A stretch of DNA of 64,000 bases, from contig CAXXMD010000003.1 of NCBI GenBank assembly GCA_963675755.2, positions 736,001 to 800,000 on the forward strand, read 5' to 3'. The notes under the pieces are model-generated. The model did no database searches, was not told where the DNA came from, and saw only the letters and a program-made list of their open reading frames with translations. Of this stretch, positions 8,399 through 18,050 are shown piece by piece (the first letter of the stretch is position 1; each line of letters starts with the position of its first letter). The position numbers and the translations under genes were made by a program. Source of the DNA: a bacterium (GTDB lineage Bacteria > Zhuqueibacterota > Zhuqueibacteria > Residuimicrobiales > Krinioviventaceae).

Positions 8399-11008
8399 AT
8401 GCGTTCCGGTATTTTAAACAGTATCATTATTTTTCTTTTCACATCAATCACATTACTTTATTCAGAAACCTATACCCGTGTGACCATACAAACGGGTGCT
8501 TCCGCGAGCGAGATCGAGCAAAACATTTCCAATCTGCTCGAGGACCGTCTGATCGAGGCCGGTATTGCGGACGTTAAAATCACCGCAGAGCAGACCGCAC
8601 CGCAATCCGGTGAGCTAGTCATCCTGTTGGGCACACCGCAGCATCACGCGGCAATCAAACAATGGATGGATGATCACCGCATCGGGCCGCTTTCTGAGCT
8701 GGCACCGGGTCCCGAAGGCTTTGTGCTGCAATGCTTTCCCCAACAGCACACGCTGCTCGCCGCGGGTGTGGACGAGCGCGGTTGTTTGTACGCTGTGGGC
8801 GAGATATTGCGCCAGTTCACCATCCGTAACGGATCAATCACCGTACCGGAAAACCTGTCTGTCCGTACGGCCCCGGCATTCGAAATCCGCGGTACTCAGT
8901 ACGGTCAGAGCGGTGTTGCCAAACGCCTGGCGCATGTGCGCGACTGGACCGATGCCGAGACCCAGCGCGTCATACTTGATTATGCCCTTGCCGGCGCCAA
9001 TATTTTCAGCACGGGTCCCGGACCCATGTTTGATTTTATCAAATCCTATGGACTCATGACACAGGGAGGTTTTGGCGCCAATACATCGGGACGGGATATT
9101 CCCCCCGAGTGGAACGCTTCCGAGTCCATTGGCCGGCTCGGTTATGTCTGTCTCTCGGTACCGGAAGCGCGCGAGTTTATGCTGAAAAAATGTGAGGATT
9201 ATTTTAAAACCAGTCCCACTTTTGATCTGATTAAATTCCACGGTGGAGACGGCGGTGGCTGCGAGTGCGACAAATGCGATCCTTACGGTCTTGTCTTTAT
9301 CAAAACCGTGGAAGAGATGGCAGCCATCATCCATAAATATCATCCCTCAACCCGCGTCTATTTCACCAATCAAAAATTCGACAATGCCGATGATAACGCC
9401 ATATTTCAGTACCTGCAGGAAAAACCGCGCGACTGGCTCTGGGCCTGGGGTTACGGTCCCGGATCAGACGCCACAAGCTGGCAGCCCGGCCATCGGCAGA
9501 CGCACCGCATGGACCTGTTCCGCTATCCCGGCTTCGGGCCGTACGGACTGTATCCCAAAGAGATTTTACACCAGCTCCCCAAACGTCATGTGCTGGTGTA
9601 TTACAACGAGATCACGCACTGGAAGTATGCACAGCATGCCTACATCCAGATGTATCCGCGGGCGGACAAGAACGGTGATCTACCGCCGCACTGGAGCCAC
9701 GAGATTTACGAGCGCCAACCCGATCAGTTTCTCACCATGGTCTACAACCGCCTCACCTTTTACGCCTGGCCGCGATTTTATCACCGGGTCTTTAACGATC
9801 TGATGCCCTATGGTGTTGGCGATATCACCCACTCGAGCGGCCACCATGACCATTACAATCAATGGATGTGGCAGCGACTGCTGTGGAATCCCCGAATGAC
9901 TGTTGAGGATGTAGTGAATGAATACTGCACCACCTGGTTCGGCCAAGAAGCCGCACCGCTCATGGCAAAGGCTATTTTGCAGCTTGAAAAGAATCTGGAA
10001 GAAATTCCGGGCATGCCCATTACTGAAAAAACGGGTATCGATTCCTGCTATGCATGGACAAAACAGGCCGGAGAGCTCATGCCTGACGAGTTGATGCAGA
10101 ACAACTGGCTGTGGCGCCAATTCATGCAAAAGGTAGCTTTGGACAAATACATCAAGCTGGCGGTACAACAGCAAATGGATTTACAGGCAAAAATCGAACA
10201 ACATGCACAATCCGCGCTCAACAACATTCAAAGCAACACGGAAATTGAAAAAATGCTGACCTGGTTTGGTGATATACCGGAGACAGTCGAAATGACAGCG
10301 CTACGGACAGAAGCGGGCCGCCTGGGTGAGGAGAGCAATGCCCTGTTTGGCGTGCGCAATGACGGATATTTCAATCTTGAACACGATTTCATCGGTCTGG
10401 GATGGTACAAACGTCAGCTTGAGCGTGCAAAAACTGCCAAAGGTGTAGAGAAATCCGAACTGCTTAGCATGATCACAGATTATGAAAATCCGGGCAATGA
10501 CAGTCAATACGACAATCTCGGCACCGCGAATCCCGCTCCCAATGTGGTATTCGGGTATCCGTACGATCACGGACAGCCGTACGTCTCGCAAATGCTGTCC
10601 GAGGGCAACCGTCCCTCCCAGCGCTCCATGCACTTTACCCAGGACGAGGACCAGGGCGTGACCCTGCAATACCGCGATCTGGACCCCAATGCCTCGTACA
10701 AGATCCGTTTTACCTTTGTGCGACCCTGGTACCAGGATCGTTATGCCTTCCGCATGGTGCAAAAAAGCCAGAGCATTTACGCAGATGATCAACTCCTTGC
10801 AGATAATAAAGAAATCCCCTTACAAATGAACGATTTTTTCACTTATGATATACCGCAATCCGTTATACAGGATGGTGAACTGACCATCCGTCTGGAACGC
10901 GCGCCCAATGTTGCCCGCGGCGACCGGGTATCCGTAGAACAGTGGCGCAATTCAGGCGGTTGGGGCACCATTGCTTCCGAAGTCTGGTTAATCAAAAAAG
11001 AGGAATAG
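8399..11008 (+). CDS. Secreted hypothetical protein, putative glycoside hydrolase (GH20b/GH67-like N-terminal domain, TIM-barrel-like core)
   Basis: Signal peptide; 'PGPEGFVL...AAGVDERGCLYAVGEILR...APAFEIRG' N-terminal module; GGDGGGCECDKC; paralogous to the next gene. Confidence 0.55.
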   Translation: MRSGILNSIIIFLFTSITLLYSETYTRVTIQTGASASEIEQNISNLLEDRLIEAGIADVKITAEQTAPQSGELVILLGTPQHHAAIKQWMDDHRIGPLSELAPGPEGFVLQCFPQQHTLLAAGVDERGCLYAVGEILRQFTIRNGSITVPENLSVRTAPAFEIRGTQYGQSGVAKRLAHVRDWTDAETQRVILDYALAGANIFSTGPGPMFDFIKSYGLMTQGGFGANTSGRDIPPEWNASESIGRLGYVCLSVPEAREFMLKKCEDYFKTSPTFDLIKFHGGDGGGCECDKCDPYGLVFIKTVEEMAAIIHKYHPSTRVYFTNQKFDNADDNAIFQYLQEKPRDWLWAWGYGPGSDATSWQPGHRQTHRMDLFRYPGFGPYGLYPKEILHQLPKRHVLVYYNEITHWKYAQHAYIQMYPRADKNGDLPPHWSHEIYERQPDQFLTMVYNRLTFYAWPRFYHRVFNDLMPYGVGDITHSSGHHDHYNQWMWQRLLWNPRMTVEDVVNEYCTTWFGQEAAPLMAKAILQLEKNLEEIPGMPITEKTGIDSCYAWTKQAGELMPDELMQNNWLWRQFMQKVALDKYIKLAVQQQMDLQAKIEQHAQSALNNIQSNTEIEKMLTWFGDIPETVEMTALRTEAGRLGEESNALFGVRNDGYFNLEHDFIGLGWYKRQLERAKTAKGVEKSELLSMITDYENPGNDSQYDNLGTANPAPNVVFGYPYDHGQPYVSQMLSEGNRPSQRSMHFTQDEDQGVTLQYRDLDPNASYKIRFTFVRPWYQDRYAFRMVQKSQSIYADDQLLADNKEIPLQMNDFFTYDIPQSVIQDGELTIRLERAPNVARGDRVSVEQWRNSGGWGTIASEVWLIKKEE

Positions 11009-11010
11009 AC

Positions 11011-13341
11011 ATGAAGAAAACAATACTCCTTTTCATTATACTCTGTCTGGCATTCAGCGGACAGGTCTTTTCGCAGCAAATCGATCTGTCTAGTGCGTCC
11101 ATTCTGGTATCGAAAAACATCAGAAAGCCGGTGAACGAGACACTGGTCCGGATGCTAAAAGAAGAAGTGGGCAAACGCACCGCTCTTGAGCTTAAACAAA
11201 CGACTAAAGTCAAAGATGCAACAGGACCCGTGATTACCATTGCCCTGTCCACTGATAAAAATCTGGGTGGAATCACTGTACCGCATCGTGATCCATCACA
11301 AGCCGAGCACAAGCCTGAAGGCTATCGCATTTTTACAACGGATTTTGAGGGCGCTCCCCTGGTATGGATCGTTGCGGCTGATGCCGGCGGTGCCGTATTT
11401 GGTGTTGGCAAGCTTTTGCGTTCCGCCATCATGATGGATGGACAATTCATTCTTGATCCCCTTGACGTTGCTTCCGCGCCCATGCAGTCCCTTCGCGGAC
11501 ATCAGCTCGGTTACCGCAACACGGCCAACTCGTGGGATGCCTGGAATGTACAGCAATTCGAACAGTACATCCGTGATCTGGCAATATTCGGCACGAATGC
11601 CATTGAAAACATTCCCTTTGGTAAAGACAATGACAGTCCGCACATGCCCATTTCACGCGAGCAGATGAACATTGAGATGAGTAAACTTTGCGACGCTTAT
11701 GACATGGACTATTGGGTGTGGACACCCGCTGAATTTGATCTGAACGATCTTGAAAAACGTTCAGCCATGCTGGAAACGCATGAACAATTTTACAAAGAAA
11801 CACCCCGCCTGGATCAGATTTTCTTTCCCGGCGGCGATCCGGGCCACAATCATCCCAGTCTGGTATTGCCTTTTTTAAAAGACCTGCACGAGTGCTTGAT
11901 CAAATATCATCCCAGCGCAGGTATCTGGATCTCGTTACAGGGATTCAGTGCCGAGCAGGTGGATTACTTTTACACCTATCTTGAAGAAAACAAACCGGAC
12001 TGGCTCCGCGGTGTGGTTTCGGGCCCCAGCAGTCCGCCGATTGCAGATACCCGTCACCGCCTTGATCCGAAATACAAGCACCGCCAGTATCCAGATATCA
12101 CCCACAATGTGCGCTGCGAGTTTCCCACACTCAACTGGGACCAGGCGTTTGCGCTCACCATTGGGCGTGAAGGCACAAACCCCCTGCCGAATTATTACGC
12201 CAAAATCCATGCTACCTATGCACCCTTTACAGATGGATTCGTGACCTATTCCGATGGATGTCACGATGACGTTAACAAGGTGGTTTGGAGCATGCGTGGT
12301 TGGAACATAAACACCCCGGTACACGATATTATTTTGGATTACAGCCGCTTCTTTTTCGGTCCGCAGCTCACGGAAAAAACAACAGACGGTATTTTTGCCC
12401 TTGAACAGAACTGGAAAGGGTCCATCGTTGAGAATGGTGGCATAGAAACCACCTTTGCGTTCTGGCAAAATCTGGAGCATGACAATCCACAACTGGCGGA
12501 CAACTGGAGATGGCAGCTATTGGTACTTCGTTCCTATTACGATACCTATCAGCGTCGCCGCAAGATCTATGAACAGGGTCTGGAAACCGAGGCCAACGCA
12601 GTCCTTGCGCAAGCCAAAACCCTGGGAGCAGACAAGGCAATGGACAAAGCGATGGAAATCGTCAACAAGGCCGATACCGAACCGGTAGCGCAGGACCTGT
12701 ACGTCAAGATCGTGCAGTATTGCGATGATCTGTTTCACTCGATCGGATTGCAAACCAGTGTGGAAAAATACCAGGCATCCGGGGCACAGCGCGGCAGCAT
12801 TCTCGACTTTGTGAACCATCCCCTCAATAACAGATGGTGGCTGCAGGACCAGTTTAACAAAATACGAGGAATGGATTCCGAAGCAGAAAAACTCACGCGA
12901 CTGGAGATCATCCGTACCTGGGAGAATCCGGGTCCTGAAAGCTATTATGACAATATTTCCGACATTGAAACCGGGCCACGTGTACTCACCACCTCTTTTG
13001 ATGCCTGTGATGTAGCCTGGTGGGACAATGGGTTCAGCCGCAAACGGCTGTCATCCCAACTCTTTCAGACCGATCCGGTGCTGGAATATGACAATCTGGA
13101 TTTTAACGGACGCTATATCATCCGTGTTGCGGGCCAGGGAGACGCGCTCATCCGGGTGGATGGTGAACGCCTGGAACCGGTTGTGTATGATAAAGAAATT
13201 GAGGGATTTAAAGAATTTGTGGTCCCCAAACATATAACACGGGACGGCAAAATGCGTGTCACATTCGACCGTCCCGAAGAATCTCATTTAAACTGGCGTA
13301 AATATTCTCACATCTCGGATGTGTGGGTAATCAAACGCTAA
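11011..13341 (+). CDS. Secreted hypothetical protein, paralog of 8399-11008 (putative glycoside hydrolase)
   Basis: Start reassigned to ATG 11011 (GAGGA SD). KPEGYRI...ADAGGAVFGVGKLLR...APMQSLRGHQLGYR, FPGGDPG, YPDITH, SDGCHDD. Confidence 0.55.
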   Translation: MKKTILLFIILCLAFSGQVFSQQIDLSSASILVSKNIRKPVNETLVRMLKEEVGKRTALELKQTTKVKDATGPVITIALSTDKNLGGITVPHRDPSQAEHKPEGYRIFTTDFEGAPLVWIVAADAGGAVFGVGKLLRSAIMMDGQFILDPLDVASAPMQSLRGHQLGYRNTANSWDAWNVQQFEQYIRDLAIFGTNAIENIPFGKDNDSPHMPISREQMNIEMSKLCDAYDMDYWVWTPAEFDLNDLEKRSAMLETHEQFYKETPRLDQIFFPGGDPGHNHPSLVLPFLKDLHECLIKYHPSAGIWISLQGFSAEQVDYFYTYLEENKPDWLRGVVSGPSSPPIADTRHRLDPKYKHRQYPDITHNVRCEFPTLNWDQAFALTIGREGTNPLPNYYAKIHATYAPFTDGFVTYSDGCHDDVNKVVWSMRGWNINTPVHDIILDYSRFFFGPQLTEKTTDGIFALEQNWKGSIVENGGIETTFAFWQNLEHDNPQLADNWRWQLLVLRSYYDTYQRRRKIYEQGLETEANAVLAQAKTLGADKAMDKAMEIVNKADTEPVAQDLYVKIVQYCDDLFHSIGLQTSVEKYQASGAQRGSILDFVNHPLNNRWWLQDQFNKIRGMDSEAEKLTRLEIIRTWENPGPESYYDNISDIETGPRVLTTSFDACDVAWWDNGFSRKRLSSQLFQTDPVLEYDNLDFNGRYIIRVAGQGDALIRVDGERLEPVVYDKEIEGFKEFVVPKHITRDGKMRVTFDRPEESHLNWRKYSHISDVWVIKR

Positions 13342-13343
13342 GC

Positions 13344-15623
13344 TCAGTCACTTACCGGGGCGCTGATTACACCCAAAAAGCGCCCCATCCAATAGGGCAG
13401 TAAAAAGGTATCGCCAGCAGAAAGTTCGTGATGACGGTCACCGGCATCCAGCGTGAACCAACTGCGGTTGTGCTTGAGTGAGGGACGCTCATCCGGGGGC
13501 AGCACCTCGGCGGTTGTTTGTCCCCAGAAATCCTTTTCAACAAATTCTATGTCTTTGCGGTGACTGTTGATATTGGCAAACTGGATCATATCCAGGGGGA
13601 ATTCTTTTAAAGTCCAGACAGATTCATCCAGATCAAATTCCTTTGCACCGGTCAAGGCGTAACAAAAGTTCCACAACGGGTTCTTTTCGGGACGCTCCAT
13701 CTGCCAGTGGTCTTTTATAGCATCAAAATATTGGGTCTTTAATGTATCGTTAAACGCATAGGGATACAGTCCCCAATACGCCAGAAAATACATCTCGTCA
13801 TCCGAGTGGTTCCACTCTTCCGAAAGCATCCTGCTCCAACCATCCGCATCCTCCGGTGCATGCCCAATCTCTGAGAACGGACGCATCAGGTTTTCCAGAT
13901 ATCCGTATTCATTCATCAACTCGAATGCTTTGTCTTTATAAATATCTTTGCCGGTAAACCGGTATGCGGTTTGCAAAAACGCAACAATATTGGACGAACA
14001 GATTTTGCGGTCGCCAATCATGGTATCAAACCGGTTGACATATTCCGGGTTCCAGCGTCCCCACAGAGACGGCAGACCGTTATAATCGATCAAACACATA
14101 TCATTGGCAACAATATAGCCCATCAGATCATCCAGAATTTTTACAGCGCGGTCCCGCCATTCCGCATCCTCAATATATTCTGCAATGAGGGTCATGGCAA
14201 AAATCTGCCCAATGGTCTGATCACTGCTTGCGGAAGCGCGCCAGTCCCACTCGGGATCGTCAGCATGGCGCCAGCTAATGGTGCCCTGGTATCCGTCATA
14301 CCAGTAATGGTTCACATAATCACGATATTCTTTATGGAAATCCTGATAGCCCCGGCGCTCAAATGAACGACCAAACAATCCCTTGATATTATTAATGGTG
14401 TGAAAGCGCTCAAGCGCTTCAAAGGCCTCGTAAGCATTCTGTTTTGCTTCTTCCGAACCCGTTGACAGGTAACGAAAGATCTGACTGCCCAGGTACATGC
14501 TGGTCCACAGGTTGTCGCTGTCTGCCACCCAGTTCTCGGCAGTGGATAAATTATGGTCATTGAGTCTGGATACATTGACATTCACACCAAACCGGATGTG
14601 ACGTTGACGCACCTGTTTTTCATAAACCATGGCCTTTTCTTCCAGGGTCATTTCTTTAAAACAGATCTGTCCCAATCCCATATCGGTTAAAATGAGTACA
14701 GACCCTTCCGGTCCCGGGGCAATATGGGTAACCGCATCTCCGGGGAGCCAGCGACGACCATAATAATAATTGAATTTACCATCATCACGCAGCATAAACG
14801 CGCCTTTTGTGGATCCAAACCATATCTGCCCATTTACTTCCCGGATTGATGTGAGTTCGGTCCAGGGTAGTTTTTCGTTCAGGTCATTTACAAGCGTTCC
14901 GGAAGCATCCAGCACGTAATACCCGGCATCGCTACCCAGATACACTTTGCCGTTGGTTTGAGAAACATCAAAACAGGCCAATGAACCTTTGCTGTCCTGA
15001 AACACGGATTTTAATTTCTTATCCCCACTGGAATATACAAACAGGGTCTTTTGTGTTAATACCCAGTATTTTTGGTTCAAGGCATCATATTTTAAATCCA
15101 GTACACGATCATCTCGTACCGTGTCGAACCAGAGTTTCATGGAATCATTGATTAGCGCAACGGATTGGCCATCCGAGATCATGAATGTAAAATCTGGCCC
15201 GCCGCAAAGCAATTGCGCGGTTGGCATTTGATGTCTCGAGAATAGTTTTCCGGCCCAGGCATTACTGAAAATGGCCTCGTCATTCAGATAGACAAACTGG
15301 TTTTCATAGACAATCATGTCCTTTACATTCTTGTCCTTCATGGGACGATAACGGCGGTCCTGCTCAAGCGAACCGGGGATTTGAAGATGCCCGTTGTAGG
15401 GATTATAGAGATCGTTCGCGGCCAGCACCTGGATCACTTTATTGCGGTCAGCACCCACTTTGTGCAGTCCCTCGAGCTCTGCAGGATATTTCACTGCATA
15501 ATCCTGCAAATAAGGTACATCCTGATACACCGGCTGTCCGGCCTTGTTGACGGTAGAATCGGTAGATGAACAGGAAAAATTCAATAGAGATAACAGTATT
15601 GGAAAAAGAAAATGGATTTTCAT
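13344..15623 (-). CDS. Hypothetical lipoprotein: beta-propeller repeats + (alpha/alpha) barrel-like C-terminal domain
   Basis: Lipobox-like LNFSC after a hydrophobic stretch (ATG 15623); WFGSTKGA and YLGSDAG propeller repeats; DSDNLWTSMY, SSDQ and FLLPYWMGRF in the C-terminal half. Confidence 0.55.
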   Translation of the reverse strand: MKIHFLFPILLSLLNFSCSSTDSTVNKAGQPVYQDVPYLQDYAVKYPAELEGLHKVGADRNKVIQVLAANDLYNPYNGHLQIPGSLEQDRRYRPMKDKNVKDMIVYENQFVYLNDEAIFSNAWAGKLFSRHQMPTAQLLCGGPDFTFMISDGQSVALINDSMKLWFDTVRDDRVLDLKYDALNQKYWVLTQKTLFVYSSGDKKLKSVFQDSKGSLACFDVSQTNGKVYLGSDAGYYVLDASGTLVNDLNEKLPWTELTSIREVNGQIWFGSTKGAFMLRDDGKFNYYYGRRWLPGDAVTHIAPGPEGSVLILTDMGLGQICFKEMTLEEKAMVYEKQVRQRHIRFGVNVNVSRLNDHNLSTAENWVADSDNLWTSMYLGSQIFRYLSTGSEEAKQNAYEAFEALERFHTINNIKGLFGRSFERRGYQDFHKEYRDYVNHYWYDGYQGTISWRHADDPEWDWRASASSDQTIGQIFAMTLIAEYIEDAEWRDRAVKILDDLMGYIVANDMCLIDYNGLPSLWGRWNPEYVNRFDTMIGDRKICSSNIVAFLQTAYRFTGKDIYKDKAFELMNEYGYLENLMRPFSEIGHAPEDADGWSRMLSEEWNHSDDEMYFLAYWGLYPYAFNDTLKTQYFDAIKDHWQMERPEKNPLWNFCYALTGAKEFDLDESVWTLKEFPLDMIQFANINSHRKDIEFVEKDFWGQTTAEVLPPDERPSLKHNRSWFTLDAGDRHHELSAGDTFLLPYWMGRFLGVISAPVSD

Positions 15624-15857
15624 AAGTGCACTCTCTGGATTCATGATAGGATTTCTGGAATTGTTTTGAAATAATACTCATTTTCAACCAGAGAATCAAG
15701 CGTTGGATTGGATTGTGAAATTATTTGAGGGTAAAATGCAAATACGCAAAAACACTTGTAAAATTAAATTTATCATTTTAATGGAATAATTTTTGTTAAG
15801 TTTAGATTAGAAATATAAAAGAACAATAATGATCCATCAACACATATAAAGAAAATC

Positions 15858-15886
15858 TTGACAATTATAAAAATATTGATTACAAT
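15858..15886 (+). promoter_or_regulatory. Near-consensus sigma70 promoter of the NYN gene
   Basis: TTGACA(15858-63)-17 nt-TACAAT(15881-86). Confidence 0.8.
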
Positions 15887-15926
15887 TAATCATATTAGTA
15901 AATAAATAATTTCTATATATTCTCAT

Positions 15927-15990
15927 CCCCCAAGGCATTGTGTCCTTGGGCCCCCCGGGTGTTACGATGCCCGGGGTTTTTATTTGGGGG
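15927..15990 (+). ncRNA. Putative structured leader RNA: hairpin + intrinsic terminator upstream of the NYN gene
   Basis: CCCAAGG/CCTTGGG stem (15929-15950), then CCCCGGGTGT-TACG-ATGCCCGGGG stem (15953-15976) followed by TTTTTATTT; GC-rich island in AT-rich DNA. Confidence 0.6.
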
Positions 15991-15996
15991 CATTTC

Positions 15997-16641
15997 TTGA
16001 AAACCAATTTCCTAATTGACGGCTTTAATTTATATCATTCATTGAACGATGCCAGTAAAGATTTTGGATTAAACGGCAAGGGTATTAAATGGTTAGATAT
16101 AAAAATGTTATGTGAATCTTATTTACATCTTGTTGATAAAAATGCACAAATAAACAATATTTATTATTTTACTGCTTTGGCCAATTATTTAATAAGATTT
16201 AAGCCCCTTAAAGTAGAAAAACATAAAAAATACATTAAAGCCTTAAATTCTACAGGTGTAATTGATTGTAGAGGGAATTTCAAGAAAAAAACCGTATCAT
16301 ACAAAAACCATGCTGTTGATTTAAAATTCTTTAGTCATGAAGAAAAAGAAACAGATGTTGCAATATCCATAAAAATATTGGAAAATTTTATTAAAAACGA
16401 ATGTGATGTTCAAGTTATTATAACCGGAGATACAGATATTGCTCCTGCAATTCGACTTGCAAAAGAATTGTTCACTAATAAATTATTAATTGCCGGTTTT
16501 CCATACAAAAGAAAAAACAAAGAACTCGCAAAATTGGTTGATAAATCATTTTCCATTTCTAAAGAACAATATCTGAAATACCAATTACCCCACATTATAA
16601 ATGTAAATAATAAAAACATCACAAAACCTGAAAACTGGTAA
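15997..16641 (+). CDS. NYN / LabA-DUF88 (PIN-fold) ribonuclease-like protein
   Basis: Acidic motifs LIDGFNLY, EEKETDVAI, ITGDTDIAP. TTG start at 15997 with GGGGG SD at 15986-15990. Confidence 0.9.
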   Translation: MKTNFLIDGFNLYHSLNDASKDFGLNGKGIKWLDIKMLCESYLHLVDKNAQINNIYYFTALANYLIRFKPLKVEKHKKYIKALNSTGVIDCRGNFKKKTVSYKNHAVDLKFFSHEEKETDVAISIKILENFIKNECDVQVIITGDTDIAPAIRLAKELFTNKLLIAGFPYKRKNKELAKLVDKSFSISKEQYLKYQLPHIINVNNKNITKPENW

Positions 16642-16655
16642 ATAAAATACCAAAA

Positions 16656-17951
16656 TTACCGCATCAACACCAATTTTCGGGTTTCGCTAAATCCTCCAGC
16701 CCTCAACCGGTAAAAATAAACACCGGAAGCGAGTTGGTCTGATGATAAAGTTATTTGATAATTACCGGGGGTTTTTTTCTCATTGACCAACTGCTTAACC
16801 AGCTTGCCATTCACATCATATACACTCAATTTTACATGTGCCTGCCCTTGTAGCGCGTATTCAACAACCGTACTGCTGTTAAAAGGATTGGGATAATTTT
16901 GTTTTAACTTGAAAATTTCCGGTTGTTTGATATCTGGTTCTGTTATTTCTGTTACAGGATTATAACAAAACAATCCATTCCCCGTGCCTAAAAAGAGTTT
17001 TTGATAATATTTTGAATACAATAAGGGCAAATTTCTAAAACCACCTTCAAAAGCGTCATTATTGCCACCAACTTTATTCCAGCCAACTTTATTCATTTGC
17101 CTATTGTATACATTAATCTCTGTAGCAGGGAACATGTGCTTACTTATAAACAACAAAGAATCTGTTGCAAAGACGCTGGAAACAGAAGCTTTTTCAGGCA
17201 AACCTGTGTTTTCCTGTTCCCAGGTTATCCCCCCATCTCGGGAGATAAAGAATCCTTCCAGTTGAAAACAAATGATACAAGTAAAAGATGAATCTGTTTT
17301 AATGAATTTCAGATCTCGTATCGTATTGGCTAACGGTTGCTGCCAGGGTTCCCAGGTTTCACCAAAATCCAGACTTTTGTAGATCATATCCGACCTCGCG
17401 TCCGCAGCATATAAAGTCCTTTGATCAGGTCCGGTTTCAAGTACTTGTATCCTCATTGTGGAATCCAGCTTGGTCCATGATAATCCACCATCAAAACTTT
17501 TATACAGAGCAGACTTGGGAAGAAGCCAGTCATAATACTTGGCAGCCAATAACACCTGTGGATGAAGCGGATCGATGCGGACAAGCTCAAGATCATTATT
17601 CCAGCCATTTAATACGATTCCCGAATCAGATGTTACCCAGGATTTTCCGTGGTCAGTTGATTTGTATAAATGGTTGTAACAGGCTACATACAGTGTATCC
17701 GGATTCGTTGGATGAAAAACCATATCAACTACAGCATAATTTTCAAGTATGGAATCCCATGTGTTCCCCCCATCTGAGCTCTTGTAAAGTCCTCCATAAT
17801 TTTCATCAGTAACACATCCGGCCAAAAGTATACTACTGTCTGCAGGATCAGTTTTGATAAAACTGACCATTGTCCCCTGCATACCAACAGGCTCCCACTC
17901 TCCAGCTAATAGTAAACAAGGTAATAGTATAAAATAGAAAATTTTTCGCAT
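16656..17951 (-). CDS. Secreted BNR/Asp-box beta-propeller protein with C-terminal sorting domain
   Basis: Repeated S.DGG.(T/S)W boxes; QNYPNPFNS...KLVLMR tail. Confidence 0.85.
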   Translation of the reverse strand: MRKIFYFILLPCLLLAGEWEPVGMQGTMVSFIKTDPADSSILLAGCVTDENYGGLYKSSDGGNTWDSILENYAVVDMVFHPTNPDTLYVACYNHLYKSTDHGKSWVTSDSGIVLNGWNNDLELVRIDPLHPQVLLAAKYYDWLLPKSALYKSFDGGLSWTKLDSTMRIQVLETGPDQRTLYAADARSDMIYKSLDFGETWEPWQQPLANTIRDLKFIKTDSSFTCIICFQLEGFFISRDGGITWEQENTGLPEKASVSSVFATDSLLFISKHMFPATEINVYNRQMNKVGWNKVGGNNDAFEGGFRNLPLLYSKYYQKLFLGTGNGLFCYNPVTEITEPDIKQPEIFKLKQNYPNPFNSSTVVEYALQGQAHVKLSVYDVNGKLVKQLVNEKKTPGNYQITLSSDQLASGVYFYRLRAGGFSETRKLVLMR

Positions 17952-18050
17952 ATCCCCACCTCATATGTAAACAAGAAATATCTGAGGGAGCGAATCCGCC
18001 TTTCACTCCCCATAGAACAATAACTATTTCATTAAATAAATGCAACTGTT

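Noticed and set aside
15940-15996. N-terminal extension MSLGPPGVTMPGVFIWGHF of the NYN ORF
   Set aside because: It translates the terminator hairpin; the NYN fold begins at the TTG at 15997, which has an SD.
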